Of a DNA stretch of 64,000 nt, positions 19,585 through 29,787 are shown in pieces. Under the pieces are notes generated by a model that saw only the letters and a list, made by a program, of their open reading frames with translations, ran no database searches and was not told the DNA's origin. The position numbers were made by a program, and so were the translations under genes. The DNA comes from Promethearchaeota archaeon (GTDB lineage: Archaea; Asgardarchaeota; Lokiarchaeia; Sigyniarchaeales; SOKP01): NCBI GenBank assembly GCA_048937405.1, contig JBHLNF010000002.1:192001-256000 (forward strand). The letters are read 5' to 3'. The first letter of the stretch is position 1. Every line of letters starts with the position of its first letter.

Positions 19585-21015
19585 TTACATTCTATTGATC
19601 ACTAGCTTCACAAGTTCTGCTGTTGCTTCACAATAAATTCTAACTAGAGATTTCCTTTTTGCTTCGCTTATAATTCTAATTACAGGCTCTGTAGTTGATG
19701 GATGAATGAGAACAAACCACTCCTTCCCTTGACCAAATCTAAGATCATTATTAATTTGTTCGACTTCTTCTCCTTCAGCTAGCAATTCTGCCTTTAGTTT
19801 TATGATAGTATTCTCTATATTTACATTTTTAATATCTACATTAATTCGATGTGAATAGTATACAGGTAATTTTGCTACTAGTTTAGAAACTTTTTCTTCT
19901 GTTTCAACTAAAATCTCTACTAGTTTTGCTGCTGCGAAAATACCATCTCTCGTATTATTGAAATTCGGGTACATAACACCTCCACATGAGCCTTCTCCAC
20001 CAAAAACTAATTTATTCTTGGAAGAACCTGAGATTAATCTATCCATTTCATGTATTAAAAATTTCTCTCCTATAGGGGTTCTGATGACTTGGGCACTATA
20101 TTTTTCCGCTATTGCATCAAATCTTAACGAAGACGCTAAATTTGTTACAAAATATATTTCTTGATTTGCTGATTCTTGGTTTTTTAAATAATATTCTGTA
20201 ATTAATGCTAAACCGATATCTTCTGGATACCAATCTCCATTTTCTCCTATAATAACTAATCTATCAGCAGCTGAATCATAAGCAAATCCAATATCATAGT
20301 TACCTTGCCAAACATCCATCATTATATCTGTGAGATTTTCTTTTATGGGATCAATTTCTCGTGGAAAGGTATTATTCACAAGTAATTCATTGTTGATGAG
20401 TTTTATATCACAACCTAAATCACCTAATACTTTTGGTATTACGAACTTAGCTGTTCCCGCACCAGTATCTGTAGCTACACGGAGATTATTATTTCTTTTT
20501 ACCTCTTCATAATCAATATAATGAAATAAATCTTGAAGATAGTTTGGAATTGGATTATATTTTTCTATCCTGTTTTTTAATTCAGGCAGGTCAATAGTAT
20601 AAGAACTTAAATCCACATTATTCACATGATTTGCAATAATCTCTAAATCCTTATTGTCTAAAAAAGTCTTTGTAGATAATAATTTCAAACCATTCCATTC
20701 TTGTGGATTATGAGATCCAGTAATGATGATTCCCCCTGGTATATTTAATTTATTTTTAGTATAGATAATTACTGGTTTTGGACATATTCCAAGATTTAAT
20801 ATTTTAAAACCCGTACGTACTAATCCTTCGATTAATGCCTGTTCAATATGCATGCTACTAGGTCTTGTATCTCTCCCTATGATAATTCTCTTTTTATTAT
20901 TCTTAAACCATAATCCATAAGCAATTGCTATTTTCTTAATAATTTTGAAATTACAATCTTTACTTACAATCCCTCTAATTCCACTCAATGTGACAATTAG
21001 ATTACTATCTTCCAT
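19585..21015 (-). CDS. Phosphohexomutase (PGM/PMM/GlmM family)
   Basis: SGIRG, GRDTR, TGSHNP..WNGLK, GGEGSCG, RDG; metal loop reads DSAADR. Confidence 0.9.
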   Translation of the reverse strand: MEDSNLIVTLSGIRGIVSKDCNFKIIKKIAIAYGLWFKNNKKRIIIGRDTRPSSMHIEQALIEGLVRTGFKILNLGICPKPVIIYTKNKLNIPGGIIITGSHNPQEWNGLKLLSTKTFLDNKDLEIIANHVNNVDLSSYTIDLPELKNRIEKYNPIPNYLQDLFHYIDYEEVKRNNNLRVATDTGAGTAKFVIPKVLGDLGCDIKLINNELLVNNTFPREIDPIKENLTDIMMDVWQGNYDIGFAYDSAADRLVIIGENGDWYPEDIGLALITEYYLKNQESANQEIYFVTNLASSLRFDAIAEKYSAQVIRTPIGEKFLIHEMDRLISGSSKNKLVFGGEGSCGGVMYPNFNNTRDGIFAAAKLVEILVETEEKVSKLVAKLPVYYSHRINVDIKNVNIENTIIKLKAELLAEGEEVEQINNDLRFGQGKEWFVLIHPSTTEPVIRIISEAKRKSLVRIYCEATAELVKLVINRM

Positions 21016-21027
21016 CTTGATTCTTTT

Positions 21028-22032
21028 TTACGAGATTATTTTATTATTTTCAATTTTGTATTTAACGAGTGCTAAAGCACCCCTTAACCCAATTTCATCC
21101 ATATATTTTGTTACTTTTATCTTTGGCGGATGATTTGCAGTAAATTTTATAGGATCCCTCTCAAACTGCTTAATTATGTGAGGAATTATTTGTTCTTTAT
21201 CATTCATCATCGCACCCCCGAAATATATTGACTTACAATCATAATAATTATTTACTATTCCAACTCCAGTTATAGTATAGAAAACACAATCATTTACTAA
21301 CTTTATAGATAATTCATCCCCTTCTCTAGCAGCCTTAAAAACTTCTTTAGCTGTTATCGTTGAAATATCTTTTCCTAAAATAGCTATTAATATTGGTGAA
21401 TTATTTCTTTTTTCTTGCAATACCTCTAGAGCCCTATTTCTTATACCTGTTCCGGAACTATATGCTTCCCAACATCCAAATGCTCCACAATTACATTTAA
21501 CTTTACTTTTCGGCTCAACAATAGTATGCCCTATTTCTGCTGCATTACCTTCTTTTCCTAATAATAAATGTCCATTACAAATTACACCTCCTCCAACACC
21601 GCTTGACATACTTATATATACCAAATTGTCTTTCTCATCATCTTCAGCTTCAAAGTAATGTATACCTATAACGCTACCATTACAATCATTTATAAAATAT
21701 ATCGGAGTTTCAGGAAATTTTTTTTGAATCGGATCTTTTAGGGGAATTTCTCTAAATCCAAGATTGGGACTATTAAAAACCTCCCCTTTTTCTATGTTTA
21801 AAGGACCTGCTGTAGAAATCCCTATTCCCAAAATACGTTCTTTAATAATATTGTTTTCAGAGAGTAACTCAAATAAAATTTGACATACTGAATTACCAAT
21901 TGAATATTTATTTTCCTTTGATGTTGGTATCCTTTTTTTTTTAATATTTTTTTCATCTAAATCTACAGTACAAATAGCAACTCGAATCCAAGTCCCTCCA
22001 ATATCTACACCCGCGATGAATTTTTCATCCAT
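21028..22032 (-). CDS. ROK-family sugar kinase (glucokinase-like)
   Basis: GVDIGGT, INDCN, GVGGG, AEIGH, CNCGAFGCWEAYSSG; ATG at 22032 preferred over TTG at 22080. Confidence 0.9.
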   Translation of the reverse strand: MDEKFIAGVDIGGTWIRVAICTVDLDEKNIKKKRIPTSKENKYSIGNSVCQILFELLSENNIIKERILGIGISTAGPLNIEKGEVFNSPNLGFREIPLKDPIQKKFPETPIYFINDCNGSVIGIHYFEAEDDEKDNLVYISMSSGVGGGVICNGHLLLGKEGNAAEIGHTIVEPKSKVKCNCGAFGCWEAYSSGTGIRNRALEVLQEKRNNSPILIAILGKDISTITAKEVFKAAREGDELSIKLVNDCVFYTITGVGIVNNYYDCKSIYFGGAMMNDKEQIIPHIIKQFERDPIKFTANHPPKIKVTKYMDEIGLRGALALVKYKIENNKIIS

Positions 22033-22137
22033 TTTCCTCTCACATTCATAATTTCTGTTTTTTCCTAAAACTCTAAACAAAACATAGTGTTAGAATACAT
22101 CAACATATTTTTATAGAAATAAAAGTTTTTCTATGAT

Positions 22138-22938
22138 TTAATAAATTTTTATTTCAATATTATCATTATTGATTACCTCTTTAAAGATTTCTGCAATTTC
22201 CTTTTTTCTTTCATCGTCTATTGAGAAAACATAATATTCTGCCGGAATTCTTGCTGTTGAATAAATTTGAACAAGGTTAGGTTTTATTTTTTTTATTACT
22301 TGAGCTAGTTTAGAAATATTTTCTGAAGTATTATTCGATATAAAATCTTCTCTATACGAATTATAAATTAAGATTTGGAGTGCTAATTTGTTCCTTTCCG
22401 GCATTTCTTGCCTTAAATTTATTAAAGAATCTACAATTGTATTAAAGTTAGGAATTTCCAGGTGTGGACGATTTGTTCGAATAAAATTTTTTTGATCACC
22501 TACATCTAATTTCGCTAAAATTAATTCAAATTTTTTGACTCTTTCTCTTATTTCTCCAAAATGGAGAGTACTAGAATTTGTAAACAATGTAAATTTCGGA
22601 TCTTCTTTTGTCCAATTTAACTTACTTCTTACTTCTTTAGCAATATTTAGAAAATCTAATAAATGTTCATTTAGAGTCGGTTCACCATTATAACCAAATG
22701 TGATTGAGTCTAAATGTGGTACATATCTTAAAATAGAGAATAATTCTTTCCTGAAATTAGATGATGGTGGCAATTTTATCCGAAAATGAGGTGAAACGAG
22801 ATTTTGTTTTGCAGTTTTACCAATCTCGCAGTAAACACAATTAAAGGTACATAATTTATAATTAGTTAAAACATTCACTCCTAACGAGAGACCTAGACGT
22901 CTAGATTGAAATGGCCCATATACATATTCTCTTGGCAT
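22138..22938 (-). CDS. Radical SAM protein (COG0731-like)
   Basis: YGPFQSRRLGLSLGVN, CTFNCVYC, GEPTL. Confidence 0.88.
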   Translation of the reverse strand: MPREYVYGPFQSRRLGLSLGVNVLTNYKLCTFNCVYCEIGKTAKQNLVSPHFRIKLPPSSNFRKELFSILRYVPHLDSITFGYNGEPTLNEHLLDFLNIAKEVRSKLNWTKEDPKFTLFTNSSTLHFGEIRERVKKFELILAKLDVGDQKNFIRTNRPHLEIPNFNTIVDSLINLRQEMPERNKLALQILIYNSYREDFISNNTSENISKLAQVIKKIKPNLVQIYSTARIPAEYYVFSIDDERKKEIAEIFKEVINNDNIEIKIY

Positions 22939-23712
22939 TTACTTATAATTGTTTAAATAATTATTAATAAAATTCTCTATTGAGTCATTTACCTCCTTAG
23001 GTTTTTCTTCAATGACACTATGAGCAGCTTTCTCAATTATATAAAATTGTGAATTAGTTATTTTTTCATGAAAAAACAGTGAATATTTTAAAGGAGTTGT
23101 CTTATCTTCTTTTCCACATATGATTAAGCAAGGGGTTTCAATTGTATCTGTTTTATGTAAGGTATCAAAAGCATCACAAATTTTAAAATCAATATAAGTT
23201 ACTTCAGGCTGTATCTGAGAAGCTTCCAGAATTGAGTCATCTATTATTTTTTTAGAAGTTTTTTTATAAAATGACCTTGCTCGTAAGTTATCCAAAAAGG
23301 TTTGGTAGTTAGGTTTTATAGAATTAAAGATAATAGGACTTACTCTCAATCTTGCTCCAGTAGCGCATAAAATTAAGGCATAAACATCTTCTGAATATTT
23401 GAAATAATAATCCTGAATAATTGCTCCTCCCATCGAGTGTCCCCCCAAAATTAATTTTTTAGGTTTTAATAAATCAACATAATTTTTAACAACATCAGTA
23501 TATAAATCTAAAGATAATTTGGGAAATTTACTTGATTTATTATGTGAAGGTAAATCAATTGCAACGATATTATAATCTATATTTAAATAAAACTGATTCT
23601 CCCACATATTTGAATTATTTGCAGCCCCATGAATAAGAATAAGCAAATTTTCTGAATCATTATCTTTAATCTGGTAAAAAATCTGTTTTTTAGAGTATTC
23701 AAAGTAAGGCAT
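22939..23712 (-). CDS. Alpha/beta hydrolase
   Basis: IHGA, GHSMGG nucleophile elbow, GKED, AAH. Confidence 0.9.
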   Translation of the reverse strand: MPYFEYSKKQIFYQIKDNDSENLLILIHGAANNSNMWENQFYLNIDYNIVAIDLPSHNKSSKFPKLSLDLYTDVVKNYVDLLKPKKLILGGHSMGGAIIQDYYFKYSEDVYALILCATGARLRVSPIIFNSIKPNYQTFLDNLRARSFYKKTSKKIIDDSILEASQIQPEVTYIDFKICDAFDTLHKTDTIETPCLIICGKEDKTTPLKYSLFFHEKITNSQFYIIEKAAHSVIEEKPKEVNDSIENFINNYLNNYK

Positions 23713-23831
23713 TTTTAGATATGATCATAAATTTTTAATTAATTAGATAAAAACTAAATTATAATTTAGTTTTATTATAATTTAAAAAGCAGAGTATTAG
23801 GAATTTTCCAAGATCCTTTAAAAGTTAGTAT

Positions 23832-26048
23832 TTATCTGTTGTAATCAATATCTCGATGTTGCATTTCTAAAAGACTCTTATATTTTCCATTTAAAGCAAT
23901 CAGCCGTTCATGATTTCCTTGTTCTATTATTCCTTTTTTATCAGTATCTAATACAATAATATGATCAGCATTTTTAATTGTCGAAAGACGATGTGCAATA
24001 ATTATGGTTGTACGGCCTTTACGTGCTTTATTTAATGCATCCTGTATTAAAGTTTCTGTATAAGGATCTACTGAAGATGTTGCCTCATCTAGTATTAAAA
24101 TTTTAGGATCAGTTATCAAAGCGCGCGCAAAAGCTATCAATTGTCTCTGACCAATTGAAATATTACTACCATTTTCTTTTAATCTAGTATCATATTTATT
24201 ATGTAAAGCTTCAATAAAATTATGAAGTCCTAAAAACTCTGATACTTTAATCATTCTTTTTTCAAGTTCTGGTGAAGGACTCTCATATCCATATAATATA
24301 TTTTCTCGAATAGTTCCTGTAAATAAAAATGCATCTTGTGGGACAATACCTATTAAATCTCTTAAATCTTTTTTTTTAACTTTTACTACTTCAATATCAT
24401 CTAAAAGAATCTTTCCTTCATTTATATCATAGAATCTAGCAATTAATTTAATTAATGTTGTTTTACCTGCTCCAGTTTCTCCAACAATTGCTAGTGTAAT
24501 CCCTTCTGGGATTTTTAAAGAAAGGTTTTTTAAAACGAAACCCTTTGAATCTAGGTGCTGAAGAAGTGTTTTTTGTTCATTAATGGCATCTTTTACAATT
24601 TTTGGTATTCTTTCATCTATCTCAGGAGGGATGGATATTTTGGCTAGTGTTTCTAGAACTGCCTGAGGAGAGTTTTCCTTACTTTTATTGTTAATCATTC
24701 CCTCTCCTTCTCCACCAAAACCCGTACTCTGCTGGAGTTTTGTTTTATTTCTTAATATATTTTCTAAGAATTTAATCTTGTCTAGAATATCTTCATCAGT
24801 TATATTAGTTTCAAATTCCTCATTTTCCTCAATTCTTTGTATCTTAGATTTATATCTCTCTTTTCCGTTATTATTAAGTATATATCCAAAACTCACATTA
24901 TCAAATTCAATAGCACCATTTATTTTGTTAAGCAAAATTGGATTTTTTGTATCAGGGATCTCAACATCTTCTTCTAATAATGAATAAATGCGATTGCTAG
25001 CGGCCATCGCTGCTTCAATAACATTTTGAATTTGCATTAGTGTCATAAATGGTCTAAAAAATTGACCTAGAATAGTGATAAATGCACTTAAAACTCCTAT
25101 CGAAACAGTAGTCCCTAAAACTGAAATATTTTCCGATGAAACAAAACCTCCCACTAATATAATAGTTGCAGTAATGATAGTTGTTGTAAGACTGATTAAA
25201 GGAAAAATGATTGCCATATAACTTCGGATTTTAAAAGAAATTTTATAATTTGCCGTATTTGCTTGATCAAATTCTATAACAGCACGTTCTTCTTGTCCAT
25301 ATGCTTTTACTACCCTTGCGCCCTCAATATTTTCCTGTATTGAAGAAGTAACCTTCCCAATTGTTTTTCTTTCTTCCTTAAATAGTGCGGAAGCAATTCT
25401 TCTAAAAAATCGAGTAATAATGAAAAATATTGGAAAAACTATCATACTAATTAACGCTAAAAAAGAATTGAGGAAGAACATAAAAATTATTGTTAATCCA
25501 ATCGAAACTATACTCCGAATAATTTGAACGAGTTGTCCTCCGACTAATTGATTGAGTAAGGTAACATCATTTGTCAAAGTAGATAGTATTTGTCCTGAGG
25601 ATCTTTTATCATAATAATTTAATGACATATCTTGTAGTTTAGAAAAAAGATCATTTCTAATTTGAAAAGTTACTTTTTGAGATATTTTGCCCATCCCATA
25701 CAAGGCAAAAAAATAAGTAATTGACATAATTATTATTAATATCAGGAAAATCCCGCACATTATAACCACATAATAAGAATTTTTTGCAACAATACCTTTA
25801 TCAATTATATTTGCAGAAAAAATAGGGTTTAAGGCGGAAATAATAGTTGCTACTAAGAGAAAAAACAAGAACAGAAAGAATTTTAATCTTTGAGGTTTTA
25901 AGTATGAAATCATCCATCGCCATAATTCTCTTCTTGGATGATCCAGTACTGCTTTATCCCCCTCTAACATAAAACGTTGACGAGTACTAGCACTTGGTTT
26001 GATAATATCTTCTTCCTTATTATCATCTTTATGTTTATCATTACTCAT
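23832..26048 (-). CDS. ABC exporter, fused TMD+NBD, with a large NBD insertion
   Basis: GETGAGKTT, ISIGQRQL, ILDEAT, IAHRL. Confidence 0.92.
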   Translation of the reverse strand: MSNDKHKDDNKEEDIIKPSASTRQRFMLEGDKAVLDHPRRELWRWMISYLKPQRLKFFLFLFFLLVATIISALNPIFSANIIDKGIVAKNSYYVVIMCGIFLILIIIMSITYFFALYGMGKISQKVTFQIRNDLFSKLQDMSLNYYDKRSSGQILSTLTNDVTLLNQLVGGQLVQIIRSIVSIGLTIIFMFFLNSFLALISMIVFPIFFIITRFFRRIASALFKEERKTIGKVTSSIQENIEGARVVKAYGQEERAVIEFDQANTANYKISFKIRSYMAIIFPLISLTTTIITATIILVGGFVSSENISVLGTTVSIGVLSAFITILGQFFRPFMTLMQIQNVIEAAMAASNRIYSLLEEDVEIPDTKNPILLNKINGAIEFDNVSFGYILNNNGKERYKSKIQRIEENEEFETNITDEDILDKIKFLENILRNKTKLQQSTGFGGEGEGMINNKSKENSPQAVLETLAKISIPPEIDERIPKIVKDAINEQKTLLQHLDSKGFVLKNLSLKIPEGITLAIVGETGAGKTTLIKLIARFYDINEGKILLDDIEVVKVKKKDLRDLIGIVPQDAFLFTGTIRENILYGYESPSPELEKRMIKVSEFLGLHNFIEALHNKYDTRLKENGSNISIGQRQLIAFARALITDPKILILDEATSSVDPYTETLIQDALNKARKGRTTIIIAHRLSTIKNADHIIVLDTDKKGIIEQGNHERLIALNGKYKSLLEMQHRDIDYNR

Positions 26049-26064
26049 CTTTAAAAGTTCCTAC

Positions 26065-27828
26065 CTATGTATTTTGTCCTATTTTACTTTTCGATGTTTG
26101 TTTTTGATATAAAGTTTCATAGATTTGTTTATATAAAACATTTGCTCTAATTAATTCATCATGAGTCCCATAACCTACAACACGGCCTCTATCTAAAATT
26201 AAGATATAATTTACCCCTCTAATCGTTGAGATTCTCTGTGTTATAATTATGGAAGTTATACCTTTCATAATTCTTGCCAAAGCTTGTTGTATTTTATATT
26301 CGGTTTCTACATCAACAGAACTGGTGCTATCATCAAGAATTAATATCTTAGGTTGTGTTAAAAGAGCTCTTGCTATTGATAAACGTTGCTTTTGACCTCC
26401 TGATAAACGTGTACCTCTTTCTCCCACAATTGTGTCATAACCCTTAGGTAGATTAACAATAAAATCGTGTAAATCAGCAATTTTAGCAGCTTCAATTATT
26501 TCATCCCTAGAAGCATTCTTATTACCATATGCTATGTTTCCTGCTATTGATTTATTAAATAGGAAGGTTTCTTGAGAGACAATTCCAATATTTTTACGTA
26601 AATCCGCTAGTAAATAATTTTTAATATCATTTTGATCAATTTTAATAGTTCCTTCATTCACCTCGTAGAATCGTGGAATTAAATTTATAATAGTGGATTT
26701 ACCTGATCCTGTTGTGCCTAAGATAGCAAGTTTTTTTCCAGAAGGAATTTTAAATGTAACATTCTTTAAAATACGATGATCAGGTGTATATCCAAAACTG
26801 ACATTTTCAAAATCAATATCCCCTTTTAAATTTGATATTGGTAATGCATTAGGAAGATCTTTAATTTCTGGACTGGAATCTAAAATATCTCTTACCCTAG
26901 TAAGCGCGGCATCAGCTTGAATATAAATCAGCATCATCTGACCTAGCATCATCAAAGGAAATCCCAGTGAAGCAATATAGCTAAGAAGAGTAACAATTGT
27001 ATCTAATCTCATTGTACCATTTATAAACCCACTGCCACCTATAAATAAGAGTAAAACTGTCATGATACCAATGATTATATAAATTGAGGGCAAATTAAGT
27101 GAATTATATTTAACGGATTTAACACTAGCATTATAGAACCTATTATTGTTTTCTTTAAATTTTTGAAGTTCTTTATCTTGCATACTAAATATCCGTACTA
27201 CTTGAGCACCAATAATATTTTCCCTTATTGTCGAGGTTAAATCACCAAAACTGTTTCTTGTTTCTAAAAATATTGGTTTTAATTTTTTAGCAATATAATA
27301 TGATAATACAAGAGAAATACTAATTGCTGAAACTAAAATAATTGATAAATCAAAATTAAAAGCAAAAAAGCCAATAATAATTCCACTTATCTGAAGACTT
27401 GATTGAAAACCAAGTATTAACCCCATACCAAAAATTTGACGTGTTTCTTCAATATCACTTGTAGCGCGAGAGACTAATTGACCTGTTTCAGTTTTATCAA
27501 AATATGAAAATGACTGGCGATAAATTGCATTACTAACATCATCTCGTAAATAATATAATGCTCTTGAAGATACTTCTGCCGCTTGAAATCGAGCAGCTCT
27601 ATTGAAAATATAAGTTACTATTCCACATAATAATATAATGAAAAAGTAAATTAAGAAAAATGTGATATTAAAGCTTGGAAGATTTGGATCTAATAATCCA
27701 ACCATTCTGCCTATAAAAATTGGAATGATAGTACTGAAAATCGTCGAAACTGTTAAAAAAATAAATTCCAAAATGAATTCCTTCTTCGATCTTGCCCAAT
27801 ACTTAAATATCATTCGAGCAGAATTCAT
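26065..27828 (-). CDS. ABC exporter, fused TMD+NBD (degenerate-site partner of a heterodimer)
   Basis: GTTGSGKST, LSGGQKQR, ILDDST, TQR in place of the H-switch. Confidence 0.92.
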   Translation of the reverse strand: MNSARMIFKYWARSKKEFILEFIFLTVSTIFSTIIPIFIGRMVGLLDPNLPSFNITFFLIYFFIILLCGIVTYIFNRAARFQAAEVSSRALYYLRDDVSNAIYRQSFSYFDKTETGQLVSRATSDIEETRQIFGMGLILGFQSSLQISGIIIGFFAFNFDLSIILVSAISISLVLSYYIAKKLKPIFLETRNSFGDLTSTIRENIIGAQVVRIFSMQDKELQKFKENNNRFYNASVKSVKYNSLNLPSIYIIIGIMTVLLLFIGGSGFINGTMRLDTIVTLLSYIASLGFPLMMLGQMMLIYIQADAALTRVRDILDSSPEIKDLPNALPISNLKGDIDFENVSFGYTPDHRILKNVTFKIPSGKKLAILGTTGSGKSTIINLIPRFYEVNEGTIKIDQNDIKNYLLADLRKNIGIVSQETFLFNKSIAGNIAYGNKNASRDEIIEAAKIADLHDFIVNLPKGYDTIVGERGTRLSGGQKQRLSIARALLTQPKILILDDSTSSVDVETEYKIQQALARIMKGITSIIITQRISTIRGVNYILILDRGRVVGYGTHDELIRANVLYKQIYETLYQKQTSKSKIGQNT

Positions 27829-27903
27829 TTTACCATAAAATATTATTATTTTTGATATTACTTTCTAATCATAAAAAATAGTTATTGACTTATTTCCATT
27901 TTA

Positions 27904-28086
27904 TTAAATGATCGAATGCCAATCAACAAGGATGCTTATAGATGTACTTTTCCTGACACTATTTGGACCTAATATAGCAAATATTTCACCTTTCTTTATA
28001 TTAAAACTAATATCATCAAGAGCCAAAACATTCCCTTGTTCATAGGTTTTGATTAGGTTTTGTACTTCAATTATATTCTGATTCAT
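27904..28086 (-). pseudogene. Truncated ABC ATPase remnant
   Basis: IEVQNLIKTY..ALDDISFNIKKGEIFAILGPNSVRKST: degenerate Walker A, then a stop. Confidence 0.75.
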
Positions 28087-28089
28087 CCT

Positions 28090-28656
28090 TTATTTTCCTT
28101 TTACCATTTCTTTTAATTTATCTATTCTTTCTCTTATTCTTTGAGATTTTTCTTCTAGTTTTTTCATATCTAGAGAAATTTTCAATTTTTGAAGTTCAAG
28201 AAACTCTAATTGTTCTTCCTCTGATTTCTCATCTAATCTATCTAACATCAGTCTAAGTGGACTGATTTGATGAAATCCCTTTGGTAATTCACCTCTCTCA
28301 TCGCCTAATACTGCAGTTTTTAGAGTTTCAAATGATTCTTCAATAATTTTTTGCTTTTCAAGCATCAATTTCAATGTTGCTTTACCTTTTTGCGTGATTT
28401 CATAAATTTTCCTATTCCTTCCATCCTCAACTAGTTGCTCTTTGAATGTTATTAGTTGATTTTTTGTCATAGCTTTTAGTAGTGTATACAATGTTGAAGA
28501 TGGAAGATCCCATATCCCTAAAGTACGGTTTTCAATTTCTTTACTTATTTTATAACCATAGGAAGGATTTTTCTCAAGAACTATTAAGATAAGGGAACTT
28601 ATATATGCAGTTTTCATAGAATTTTCAAATTTCTCTGCAATTTTTTCTGCCATCAT
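28090..28656 (-). CDS. PadR-family transcriptional regulator
   Basis: PSYGYKI, STLYTLL, GRNRKIYEITQKG. Confidence 0.9.
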   Translation of the reverse strand: MMAEKIAEKFENSMKTAYISSLILIVLEKNPSYGYKISKEIENRTLGIWDLPSSTLYTLLKAMTKNQLITFKEQLVEDGRNRKIYEITQKGKATLKLMLEKQKIIEESFETLKTAVLGDERGELPKGFHQISPLRLMLDRLDEKSEEEQLEFLELQKLKISLDMKKLEEKSQRIRERIDKLKEMVKGK

Positions 28657-28941
28657 AAATTCCTTAATTTTTAGAATATCTCAAGTTATGATATATATAA
28701 TTATTGATATATGTCATAATTTAAAAATTTTTATATTATTGAAAACAAGGTTTAAGATATGTTTTTATTGCTTTTATCATCCTACAACAATTAATTTAAT
28801 ATAGTGATTTTTTATTACAGATATTTTAATACGAACTATTTAGGATTTAATAGATAAGTAATAAAATCGTTTTTTTACACATTTGATAAATTTCTGAAAA
28901 ATAAATAAATATTTTTAAAGAGAACTTGCAAATAAATTATT

Positions 28942-29709
28942 ATGGATTTAAGTTCTATTTATTCAGAATTAAGAGAACTCTTATCATTATCTGATAAGAA
29001 TTTCAATTTGGAAAAAGATATAAATCAATATTGCAAAACAGAATCAGATGAATATAAACTTGAAATCTTAGGGGATATCCTAAACTTTGTAACTAAATTT
29101 TCTTTGTTTAAGGAGATAAAACCATTTATGAACTCATTGTATATTTGTATTAGCAATACTCTCGAGATAAAACCTGACTCTATCTTTGATTTTGAAGATT
29201 TATTAATACGAAATTCAATAATACATTTTGTTCAGGAATACATAAATTATTCTAAAATTACTCAAAAAGATCAAGTCTTAAAATTTTTATCTGATTCATT
29301 TGAAAAACTTAAGATAGAACCATTAATAATGAATTTGGGATTATTACTTAAACCTATATATCAGGATCTATCTTATCTCAGTAATCTTCAAAATCTAAAA
29401 GAAGAAATAGTAACTTATAATTATTCTGATGATGTAGAAATACAAATTAAGCAAGAGATAGATACGTGGCTTAGTAAGAAACATATTAGTTTTGATACTC
29501 AAGATGATCTGAAAGAACAATTAACACAGGAATTTAAAAAAATGGTTACTAAATATAATTTAGCACTAGAACCTGAAAAATTGAAGAAATTAAAACTAGA
29601 AATCATGGAAATGTTCACAATGAAATTAACTATGATAAGTCTTATGGAACAAATCCCCGATGATTCTTTTGAGCCCATTCCTATAAAATATAATCTTATA
29701 AATCCATAA
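28942..29709 (+). CDS. Hypothetical helical protein
   Basis: 255-aa ORF; no motif recognised. Confidence 0.7.
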   Translation: MDLSSIYSELRELLSLSDKNFNLEKDINQYCKTESDEYKLEILGDILNFVTKFSLFKEIKPFMNSLYICISNTLEIKPDSIFDFEDLLIRNSIIHFVQEYINYSKITQKDQVLKFLSDSFEKLKIEPLIMNLGLLLKPIYQDLSYLSNLQNLKEEIVTYNYSDDVEIQIKQEIDTWLSKKHISFDTQDDLKEQLTQEFKKMVTKYNLALEPEKLKKLKLEIMEMFTMKLTMISLMEQIPDDSFEPIPIKYNLINP

Positions 29710-29787
29710 TTTTGTGATTATTCACATTGTACTTCTTTTAGTTTTAAATTATTTTAAGGATTAAGTAAAAATTATTAAATACGAAGT

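Noticed and set aside
24540-24880. NBD insertion as an intein
   Set aside because: No N-terminal Cys/Ser block or C-terminal His-Asn; not at a typical conserved-motif insertion site
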